From the NCBI GenBank assembly GCA_041686025.1, contig JAWLEP010000024.1:1-43354 (forward strand): 43,354 bases of DNA, read 5' to 3'. The position numbers and the translations under genes are program-made. The notes below the pieces were generated by a model. It was not told where the DNA came from. It did not search any database and saw nothing but the letters and a program-made list of their open reading frames with translations. Shown piece by piece: positions 16,994 through 24,390 of the stretch. This DNA is from Candidatus Fermentibacteraceae bacterium. GTDB lineage: Bacteria > Fermentibacterota > Fermentibacteria > Fermentibacterales > JCC-6. The first letter of the stretch is position 1. Every line of letters starts with the position of its first letter.

Positions 16994-18123
16994 AGGGGCT
17001 CCTCCGGCCGCAGCAGGTAGACCTTGGGGTAGTCATCGGGCTGGGTGTCGAAGCCGACCATACCGTGGTCGAAGCAGTAGGAGAGCCCCTCCCCGTTCTC
17101 CAGGGCCGGCACGGTGGCCACAAACAGCAGCTCCCCCTCCCGGCTGTACACATCGAAAACAGGTATGTCCGTCCATCCCTGGCCCACCCATATCCGCCCC
17201 TGGCCGTCCACGTCCAGGCTGCTTACGGCCTCCCGGTAGAGGCCGATGTCCTCGTAGCGACGGTCACGGTTCACCGAGCTTCCCGATTCGGTGCTGGTGG
17301 AGAGGCTCTCGTGGACCAGGCCCTCCTCCAGCTCCTCCTCCGTCTTCTCCTTCCTCTCCCACTCCCTGGACTCCGCCAGTATGGTGGCCCCTTCCGCGGA
17401 ATAGCCGGTGAAGCCCCAGGTGCTGTCGCTGATCACCGCCACCCACACCGACCCGTCGGGGCCGGTGTCCCAGGCAAGGCCAGTGGTGTGGACGTTGAGG
17501 TCTCCGTCCTCGTCGGCGCTGAACCTCATGGGGTAGCTGCAGTACACCACCTCCGGGTCGGTGGAGCGTCCGAAGCGGGCGATGAAGTTCTCACCCACCG
17601 GCTGGCCGTCCTCCACCCCATGCTCCAGGCTCATGCCCACGTAGTCCCCGCCCGGGCAGGGGACGATCCGGTCGGGAGCTATGCGGACGAAATCCGAGAT
17701 GATGGTGTCCACCTCCATCACCCCGTCGAGATAGGTGATGGACCGCCCGGCCCAGTCGCACACAACCAGGCCGCCGTCGTCGAGCAGGGCGAAGCTGCGC
17801 GGGTACTGGTACTCCCCGGGACCCGAACCGGAGCGCCCCACGAAACCCAGCGGCTCCAGGTTCCCGTCGAAGATGCCTATCCTGCTCTTCAGGCCGTCCA
17901 GAACCAGGAGGCGTCCGTCGGCCGTCATGGTGGCGTCGGTTATGTTGCCGAAGACATAGGCGCTGTCGCCCATCATCACCCCGAGGGTGTCCACCACCTC
18001 GATGCGGACGGTATCCGGCCCGAAGTCCGGCGCGGCCTCCGCCCGCTGCCGGGGGCCGCCGCCGTCCCCGCAGGCGGCCAGGAGCGATATCGCAAGCGAT
18101 GCTGCCAGAAGCGCTCTGTTCAT
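16990..18123 (-). CDS. Lipoprotein, 6-bladed beta-propeller (NHL-like)
   Basis: Lipobox LLAAC; GRSGSGPGEYQYP motif; LDVDGQGRIWV; start at ATG 18123. Confidence 0.82.
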   Translation of the reverse strand: MNRALLAASLAISLLAACGDGGGPRQRAEAAPDFGPDTVRIEVVDTLGVMMGDSAYVFGNITDATMTADGRLLVLDGLKSRIGIFDGNLEPLGFVGRSGSGPGEYQYPRSFALLDDGGLVVCDWAGRSITYLDGVMEVDTIISDFVRIAPDRIVPCPGGDYVGMSLEHGVEDGQPVGENFIARFGRSTDPEVVYCSYPMRFSADEDGDLNVHTTGLAWDTGPDGSVWVAVISDSTWGFTGYSAEGATILAESREWERKEKTEEELEEGLVHESLSTSTESGSSVNRDRRYEDIGLYREAVSSLDVDGQGRIWVGQGWTDIPVFDVYSREGELLFVATVPALENGEGLSYCFDHGMVGFDTQPDDYPKVYLLRPEEPL

Positions 18124-18174
18124 GCCTGTCCCTTCGCCGTGGGCCTCGGAAGTCAAGCCTTCCATCTCGCACAG

Positions 18175-18204
18175 AATATAGCAACAAATATATTTGTACG
18201 TCAA
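18175..18204 (-). promoter_or_regulatory. Sigma70-like promoter with palindromic operator in the spacer
   Basis: Minus strand TTGACG-18nt-TATATT with extended TGn; perfect palindrome ACAAATATATTTGT at 18184-18197. Confidence 0.55.
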
Positions 18205-18366
18205 GTTTTTTCTCTATAGCGTCTGCCATATCACTGGCATCTATTGTTTTGCGCGATTAGCTCTGAAGATGCAATGCGCCTCTTCCCCTGCCGTCCCGGC
18301 AGCTGCATGGTCCGGGACTTGCTCCTTCGTATGCGACGGTGTCCCCGGCGTTGTATACTGCCGCCC

Positions 18367-19296
18367 ATGGAATCGGTGAGACGCTTCACGTGGGCGGGCG
18401 TACTGGCGGCCATGACGCTGGGGCTGGTGTGGGACCTGCCCGGCCGGGCCCCCCACTGGGTCCTGCAGGGACTGCTGATGTCCCTGCTGTTCCTGAGCTG
18501 CCTGGAGCTGCGGCCCGGCCAGGTGCTGCGCGAGGCCCGGCGGGGACTGGCCCGCAACGCCCTGCTGCTTCTGGTGGTGATCCTGGCGTCCCCTCTGATG
18601 CTGCTGCCCTTCCGCGGGGCCTTCGACGGCCAGACCTGGACCGGGATGATACTGGCGGGAACCATGTCCACCGGGCTGGGTGTGATATTCCTGGCCGACG
18701 TACTCAACGGCTCCCCCTCCCGGGCCCTGGTCCTGGCGGTGCTGTCCTCGGTTCTGGCGCCCCTAACCGTTCCCGCGGTGGTATCGGTCTTCGCCTCCAG
18801 GACCGTGAGGATCGACGCCCTGGCCATGTCCGTCAGAACCGCCTTCATAGTGCTTCTGCCCCTGGCGGCGGCCATGGCCACCGGCCCCACTGCACTGGGA
18901 AGGCGCATTCTGCAGACAAAGGGCCCCGTCTCCCTGACCATCTTCTTCGGCCTGATAGTGACGCTGGTCTCGTCGGTGAGCGATCTGGTCCTGCTGAGCC
19001 CGGCCCGTTCGCTGCGGCTGCTGGGCGCGGTGGCCGCCCTCTCGGTGGCCTGCGCCCTGCTGGGGGTAATGATCGGCCGGGGAGCGAGGCAGCGGATGAC
19101 CTTCGCCATAGTGGCCAGCTACCGCAACTTCACGCTGGCCACCGTGCTGGCCCTGACCCTCTTCGGGGAAAGGGTGGCTCTTCCCTGCGTGATATACGTG
19201 CTGGTGGGCAACCTGATGGTGGTGGCCCTTCAGCTCTCCGGAAGGGTACTGGCTCCCTCCGTGGCATCCTCCGGGCAGCCCTGGAGTCTGAAGTAG
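18367..19296 (+). CDS. Bile acid:sodium symporter (SBF) family transporter
   Basis: About 9-10 hydrophobic segments; ALVLAVLSSVLAPLTVP, RNFTLATVLALTLF; start set at ATG 18367. Confidence 0.75.
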   Translation: MESVRRFTWAGVLAAMTLGLVWDLPGRAPHWVLQGLLMSLLFLSCLELRPGQVLREARRGLARNALLLLVVILASPLMLLPFRGAFDGQTWTGMILAGTMSTGLGVIFLADVLNGSPSRALVLAVLSSVLAPLTVPAVVSVFASRTVRIDALAMSVRTAFIVLLPLAAAMATGPTALGRRILQTKGPVSLTIFFGLIVTLVSSVSDLVLLSPARSLRLLGAVAALSVACALLGVMIGRGARQRMTFAIVASYRNFTLATVLALTLFGERVALPCVIYVLVGNLMVVALQLSGRVLAPSVASSGQPWSLK

Positions 19297-20678
19297 GTCT
19301 CCATGCGGTCCTCGTATCCCTCGGGAACGAACATGCAGAGCCCGGGGGTCTTCCTGTACCGGCCCACGTAGTCGCCGGCGGCCACCCTCCGGAGCATCTC
19401 CACCATGCGGTCCACGTCGTCTTCGTTGCTGTAGAGCCCGAAGCTCATCCTGACCATTCCCGGAAGCCCGGACTCGTCCCCGCCCACGAACCGCGTCCTC
19501 CAGCCTTCGATCTCCGCAGGCGAGAGCCCCAGCAGGCTCAGAACGTACGGATGGGCGCAGAAACAGCCGCTGCGGGCCCCTATGCCGCCCTCGTAGCCCA
19601 GTATGGCCGTCAGCAGGAAGTGGTAGACCCCCTCCAGGTTGAAGGGTATCACCCCCACCCTCTCCTCCACCTCATCGGGGTCGGAGGATCCGTAGAGGAC
19701 CATTCCGGGGACCTCCATGAGCCTGTTCAGGGCGTATGCGGTGAGCCGGGCCTCGTGGGCCGCTATCCTGTCCATGCCGATCTCCATCAGCGTGGAGGCC
19801 GCCACCGCCATGGCCACGGCTCCGGGAACGTTGGGGCTGCCGGCCTCGCCCCTGTCGGGCACTCCGTGCCAGTGGACGTGGTCCAGGGTCACGGCCTTCA
19901 CCGTCCCCCCGCCGCTGTAGTCGGGCCCGCACCGGAGGAAGTACTCCCGGGGGCCCACCAGCGCACCGGTGCCGTAGGGGGCGTACATCTTGTGCGCGGA
20001 GAGGACCACGAAGTCCAGGTGCTCCGGATGGTCGTCTGCAAGCATGTCTATGGGCCGGTGCGGCGCCAGCTGGGCGCAGTCGACCAGTATGCGGGCTCCC
20101 GCCTCGTGGGCCTTGCGGGCCAGCCTGTGCACCGGCTGTAAGTACCCGGTTACGTTGGAGGCCCCGGTGACCGCCACCAGCTCGATCTCGCCGGCGAAAC
20201 GGGCCAGCTTGCGGTCGAAGTCCTCCTCGTCCAGCCTGCCCTCCGGCGTAACCCCCACGTGGACAACCCTTGCGTGGTCCCGCCAGGGCAGGTCGTTGGA
20301 GTGATGCTCCATGCATGTGGAGACCACCAGCGCGTCCTCGGGAAGGCAGTGGGAGACCTTGTTTATGGCCTCTGTGGAGTTCTTGCCGAATATGACGGTG
20401 TTGGTGGCTGTATCGGCCCCTACGAACCGGGCTACCACCCGGTGAGCGTCGTCGTAGGCCCTGGTGCTGAGGCGTGACTTGAAGCCGGTGCCCCTGTGGA
20501 CGCTGGAGTAGTAGGGCATGAACCTCTCCAGCGCCTCGGCCACCGAAACCAGGGCCGGGGTGCTGGCGGCGTTGTCCAGGTATACGTACCTCGTCCTGCC
20601 TCCGCCCAGCAGAGGCACCTCCCGGTCCACGCCCAGCACCATGCTGCGAAGGTCGGGGGCGGTCTTCACGTCTGCCAT
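19230..20678 (-). CDS. Class V PLP aminotransferase, type II cysteine desulfurase / selenocysteine lyase-like
   Basis: YLDNAASTP, YSSVHRGTG, MEHHSNDLPW, VDCAQLAPH, SAHKMYAPYGTG, RSGCFCAHPY; GGAGGA RBS before ATG 20678. Confidence 0.9.
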   Translation of the reverse strand: MADVKTAPDLRSMVLGVDREVPLLGGGRTRYVYLDNAASTPALVSVAEALERFMPYYSSVHRGTGFKSRLSTRAYDDAHRVVARFVGADTATNTVIFGKNSTEAINKVSHCLPEDALVVSTCMEHHSNDLPWRDHARVVHVGVTPEGRLDEEDFDRKLARFAGEIELVAVTGASNVTGYLQPVHRLARKAHEAGARILVDCAQLAPHRPIDMLADDHPEHLDFVVLSAHKMYAPYGTGALVGPREYFLRCGPDYSGGGTVKAVTLDHVHWHGVPDRGEAGSPNVPGAVAMAVAASTLMEIGMDRIAAHEARLTAYALNRLMEVPGMVLYGSSDPDEVEERVGVIPFNLEGVYHFLLTAILGYEGGIGARSGCFCAHPYVLSLLGLSPAEIEGWRTRFVGGDESGLPGMVRMSFGLYSNEDDVDRMVEMLRRVAAGDYVGRYRKTPGLCMFVPEGYEDRMETYFRLQGCPEDATEGASTLPES

Positions 20679-20747
20679 TCTTCCTCCGTTGGATTGCCGA
20701 ATTCTCCACATGACCGGTCGATTATTCAAAAAGTGAGCCTCCTTGGC

Positions 20748-20809
20748 AATTCCCCACTACAGGGTAGGTATTGGCCGGCAGAATGAAACCAATCATATTG
20801 GTAGGGTAT
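20748..20809. promoter_or_regulatory. Two tandem IscR/Rrf2-like boxes in a divergent promoter region
   Basis: AATTCCCCACTACAGGGTAGGTATT (20748-20772) and GAAACCAATCATATTGGTAGGGTAT (20785-20809). They overlap candidate promoters TTGCCA-17-AATAAT (minus) and TTGGCC-17-CATATT (plus). Confidence 0.5.
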
Positions 20810-20860
20810 TAACAGATGTCTGGATGACGGACACCAAACCGTATGGATGAGAGGCATGTG

Positions 20861-21832
20861 GTGAGAAAGGCGATTCTTCTTCTGACGGCGCTGTCGGTAT
20901 CCCTTGCATGGGGTGCCTGGATAGAGGAGACATTCGATGCACCGGCGGGAATGGTCACCGGCCTCGGCTGGGAGGATGGAAGCCTGTGGGCCGTGGACAG
21001 TAACCTGGACAGGGTCTACGAGCTCGACCCCGGAAGCGGCGAGGTCATCGGCTCCTTCGACATGTCCCCCTACTCCGGCCAGTACCCCACCGGCCTGGCG
21101 GTGGAGAACGGCATAGTCTACGTGGGAACCTGGAACGGGGGCACAACGGGCTACGTCTACAAGTATGACACCGAAGGGGATTACCTGGGCGTTGTCAGCA
21201 TGTGCGGCGGTTGAGGCAACCCTGTCTCGTCGGTGACGGGACTGGGAGCCAGGGACGCCAGCTACCTCTACGTCAGCTCCACCGCGCAGAACGCCGCCTA
21301 CAGGTACGTTGCCCCGGGGGTGTACTCCAGGTACCACTACATGTCCTTCACCGCCTCCAGCGACACCAGGGACATGGCCATCCTTCCCGACGGCAGCATC
21401 TGGGTCGCCCTGGACTGGTCCTCGGTGAAGCTGCGCCACTACGACAGCGGCGGCTCGCTGATGGAGAGCATTGGGGCCGACCTCGTCCCGGACGCCTGGG
21501 GCGTGACCGTGGACGACGCGGGAAGGCTGTGGGTCTCCGACACGGAGAACGACCTGATCTACGCCGTCAACCTGTCCACGGGCGTGGAGGAGGGGCCCGG
21601 CGCCTCTGGCCTGCAGGTCTCCCGCAACCCCTTCTCCGAATCGGTCACCGTCAGCTGCGAAGGGGTGGATGACGGTACACTGAGCATCTTCGACGGAAGC
21701 GGCAGGCTGGTTGCGGAGAGGCCTTTCAGCGGCTCGACCCTGATCGAGGCGGGGGGAATGGAGACGGGAGCCTACTACCTCAGGCTCTCTTCCGGCGGAA
21801 GCGTAAGGTCGGCGCGCCTGCTGAAGCTCTAG
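20861..21832 (+). CDS. Putative secreted selenoprotein: beta-propeller with CGGU motif and T9SS/FlgD-like tail (in-frame TGA 21212-21214 read as Sec)
   Basis: ORFs 20843-21214 and 21233-21832 share a frame; read-through gives VVSMCGG-U-GNPVSSVTGLG. Signal peptide only in the 5' part, sorting tail only in the 3' part, blade repeats on both sides, SECIS-like hairpin right after the TGA. Confidence 0.8.
21215..21250 (+). promoter_or_regulatory. Bacterial SECIS-like stem-loop
   Basis: GGC aa CCC t GTCTCGTC-GGT-GACGGGAC t GGG a GCC: 8-bp upper stem (one G-U), G-starting apical loop after 17 intervening nt from the UGA, plus a lower stem. Confidence 0.75.
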
Positions 21833-21859
21833 GGCCGGGACGGAGGCCGAAGCCTTCGC

Positions 21860-22270
21860 TCAGTCCGCGAACAGGTCCGGCGTACCGTCCTCGTCGGTGT
21901 CAGGGCGGGGGCGTCCGGTGGACTCAGACGTCAGCCTGCCCACCTGCTTGATCAGCTTCCTCAGCTGCTCGGGAGAGGCCGTTGCCAGCGCCCGCAGAAG
22001 GGCCGCCATCTCCCTGGGATGCCGCATGATTATGGGGGGCAGGTCCGAGGAGATCCTGTCGGCCAGGGCCAGCATTACGTCGGGGTCCTGACCAAGCTGC
22101 TCGGCGATCGCCCTCACCTTGTCCTCCGCCGGAGGCGCGAACTCATCGCGCTCTATCTTTGACAGGTAGGCGGGGCTCATGCCTATTCGGGCGGCAAAGC
22201 GCCGCAGGCTGACGCCCAGCTCCTCGCGCAGCTGCCGCACAGTGGCTCCAAAAGGCGCCTGTTCCTCCAT
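21860..22270 (-). CDS. XRE-family helix-turn-helix transcriptional regulator
   Basis: FGATVRQLREELGVSLRRFAARIGMSPAYLSKIERD...PPAED. Confidence 0.88.
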   Translation of the reverse strand: MEEQAPFGATVRQLREELGVSLRRFAARIGMSPAYLSKIERDEFAPPAEDKVRAIAEQLGQDPDVMLALADRISSDLPPIIMRHPREMAALLRALATASPEQLRKLIKQVGRLTSESTGRPRPDTDEDGTPDLFAD

Positions 22271-22287
22271 ACGAGCCCCCGACTCAT

Positions 22288-22314
22288 GTGTATTGTCTAG
22301 TTGAAACTATACAC
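22288..22314. promoter_or_regulatory. Inverted-repeat operator upstream of the XRE gene
   Basis: GTGTATTGT-N9-ACTATACAC (8/9), overlapping a minus-strand -10-like TATAGT. Confidence 0.55.
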
Positions 22315-22444
22315 CGGCGGCTGCGACCGGGGCAACCCCCCGCGGGCCGCCTGCGGCACGCCGGATTCGGCCGGTCACTTGGTGGCGGGCCGGGTTGGGG
22401 ATATATTGCAAAACTTAACCGCAAAGGTATTATTGGGAGGTAAC

Positions 22445-22540
22445 TTGAAGGTCTTCTCGCAGAACCCGCTGGGGCTGGCGGGAAAGGTCTCCCGCGAAGT
22501 GGACCTCCAGAGGTTCATGTCCTCCCTGCGCAGCCATTGA
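22445..22540 (+). CDS. Possible 31-aa small ORF / leader upstream of pepF
   Basis: GGAGG 4 nt before TTG; MKVFSQNPLGLAGKVSREVDLQRFMSSLRSH; almost all third positions G/C; candidate promoter TTGGTG-17-TATATT upstream. Confidence 0.4.
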   Translation: MKVFSQNPLGLAGKVSREVDLQRFMSSLRSH

Positions 22541-22580
22541 GCACTTTTCACCGCACCTGGCGGAAGGGAAACACCAAGAC

Positions 22581-24389
22581 ATGTCAGAGGGACTGAAGAA
22601 GAGAAGCGAGGTGCCCCAGAGCGACAGATGGGACCTCTCCGACCTCTACGACAGCGACGAGCAGTGGGAGCGCGACCTGGAGAGGAGCCGGGGCTTCGCC
22701 GATGAGATCCTGGCCTGGAAGGGCCGGCTGGGGGAATCGCCCCGGGCCCTTCGCGGGGCACTGGAGAAGATGCTGGAGCACTCCAGGAAGCTGGAGAAGC
22801 TGGTGGTCTACGCGCACCTCCGGCAGGACGAGGACCTCTCGGTGGCCAGGCCCGGCGAGATGTTCTCCCAGGCCGCAAGCAGGGCCACCGAGTACGCATC
22901 TGCCCAGGCCTTCTTCGATCCCGAGCTGCTGGAGATCCCCGAGGAGACCATGGAGGAGTGGCTGGCGGGCGAAGAGCTGGCCCCCTACCGGACCTGGCTG
23001 GAGGAGCGGCTCCGGTACCGTCCCCATACCCTCTCCCGGCCGGAGGAGAGGCTGCTGGCCATGTCGGCCGACTTCGCCAGGTGCTTCTCCAGCGCCTTCG
23101 GCCAGCTGGCCAACGTGGACATGCCCGACCGTCTGCCGCGGATAGAGAAGTCCGACGGAGAGGAGGTCCAGCTCACCAACTCCAACCTGGTCCCCCTGCA
23201 GCAGGAGGACGACAGGGAGACCAGGCACAGGGCCTTTCGGGGCTACTACAACGAGCTGGGGGGCAACCTCAGCACCTACGCCGCCCTCCTGGACGGACAG
23301 GTCCGTCAGCACATCTTCGAGGCCAGGGCCAGGGACTACTCCTCCTGCCTGGAAGCCTCCCTCTTCCACGACCGGGTGGGGGTGGAGGTGTACGAGAAGC
23401 TCATCGGTGCAGTGCATGACAACCTGGATGCCCTTCATGGCTACTACGGCCTCAAGGCCGAGGTCCTGGGCCGCGACGGCCTGGAGTTCTGGGACATCTA
23501 CTACCCCATGGTGGAGAGCCCCTCGGGAACCTGGTCCTTCGACGAGGCGGTGGAGCTGACCCTGGAGGCGGTGGCCCCGCTGGGCCGGGACTACGTGGAG
23601 ACCCTGCGCGAAGGCTTCCGCAGCCGCTGGGTCGACCGCTACGAGAACCGGGGAAAGCGCTCGGGCGCCTACTCCAGCGGGTGCTACGACTCGCGCCCCT
23701 ACATACTGCACAACTTCTCGGGCACCCTGGACTCGGTCTTCACTCTGGCCCACGAGGCCGGACACTCCATGCACTCGCTGCACTCCAACCGCAGCCAGCC
23801 CTACCACTACGCCGACTACCGGATACTGGTGGCGGAGGTGGCCTCCATAACCAACGAGATGCTCCTGCTCCAGCACCTGGCGGACGGGGCCGACGGGAAG
23901 ATGCGGGCCTACCTTCTCGACCACCTGGTCAACAGCTTCCGCACCACCCTCTTCCGGCAGACCATGTTCGCCGAGTTCGAGAAGCTGGTGCACGAGCACG
24001 TGGAGAACGGGGGAGCCCTCAACAGGGAGCACCTGAACAGCACCTACATGGACCTGGTGAAACGATACCACGGCCCCGGGTTCGACTACGAGGGCGAGGG
24101 CTCGGCCATCGCCTTCGAGTGGGCCAGGGTGCCGCACTTCTACTACAACTTCTACGTCTACAAGTACGCCACGGGAATGGCGTCCGCCATCTCCATCTCC
24201 GACCGGATACTCCGGGGCGAGGAGGGGGCCGTTGAGTCCTACCTGGAGTTCCTGCGGGGAGGCGCATCGCGGCCTCCGCTGGAGCTGCTGGAGTCCACCG
24301 GAGTCGACCTCACCACCTCACAGCCGGTGGAGGAGGCCATGGACCGCCTCCGCACCACCCTGGGAGACCTGAGGGAGCTGGTCGTATAG
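22581..24389 (+). CDS. pepF: Oligoendopeptidase F (M3B)
   Basis: RSEVP...WDLSDLY, GKRSGAYS, TLAHEAGHSMHS zinc motif, AEVAS, WARVPHFYYNFYVYKYATG. Confidence 0.95.
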   Translation: MSEGLKKRSEVPQSDRWDLSDLYDSDEQWERDLERSRGFADEILAWKGRLGESPRALRGALEKMLEHSRKLEKLVVYAHLRQDEDLSVARPGEMFSQAASRATEYASAQAFFDPELLEIPEETMEEWLAGEELAPYRTWLEERLRYRPHTLSRPEERLLAMSADFARCFSSAFGQLANVDMPDRLPRIEKSDGEEVQLTNSNLVPLQQEDDRETRHRAFRGYYNELGGNLSTYAALLDGQVRQHIFEARARDYSSCLEASLFHDRVGVEVYEKLIGAVHDNLDALHGYYGLKAEVLGRDGLEFWDIYYPMVESPSGTWSFDEAVELTLEAVAPLGRDYVETLREGFRSRWVDRYENRGKRSGAYSSGCYDSRPYILHNFSGTLDSVFTLAHEAGHSMHSLHSNRSQPYHYADYRILVAEVASITNEMLLLQHLADGADGKMRAYLLDHLVNSFRTTLFRQTMFAEFEKLVHEHVENGGALNREHLNSTYMDLVKRYHGPGFDYEGEGSAIAFEWARVPHFYYNFYVYKYATGMASAISISDRILRGEEGAVESYLEFLRGGASRPPLELLESTGVDLTTSQPVEEAMDRLRTTLGDLRELVV

Positions 24390-24390
24390 C

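Noticed and set aside
21212..21214. Genome-wide TGA reassignment (code 4 or 25) as the cause of the in-frame TGA
   Set aside because: TGA ends many complete genes here (def, fmt, mfd, HD-GYP, 862-1374), Trp is encoded by TGG, and no other gene I checked needs read-through.
21233..21832. Independent 199-aa gene starting at GTG 21233
   Set aside because: No RBS, the start lies in the hairpin loop/stem, and it has a secretion tail without a signal peptide; better explained as the 3' half of the read-through gene.
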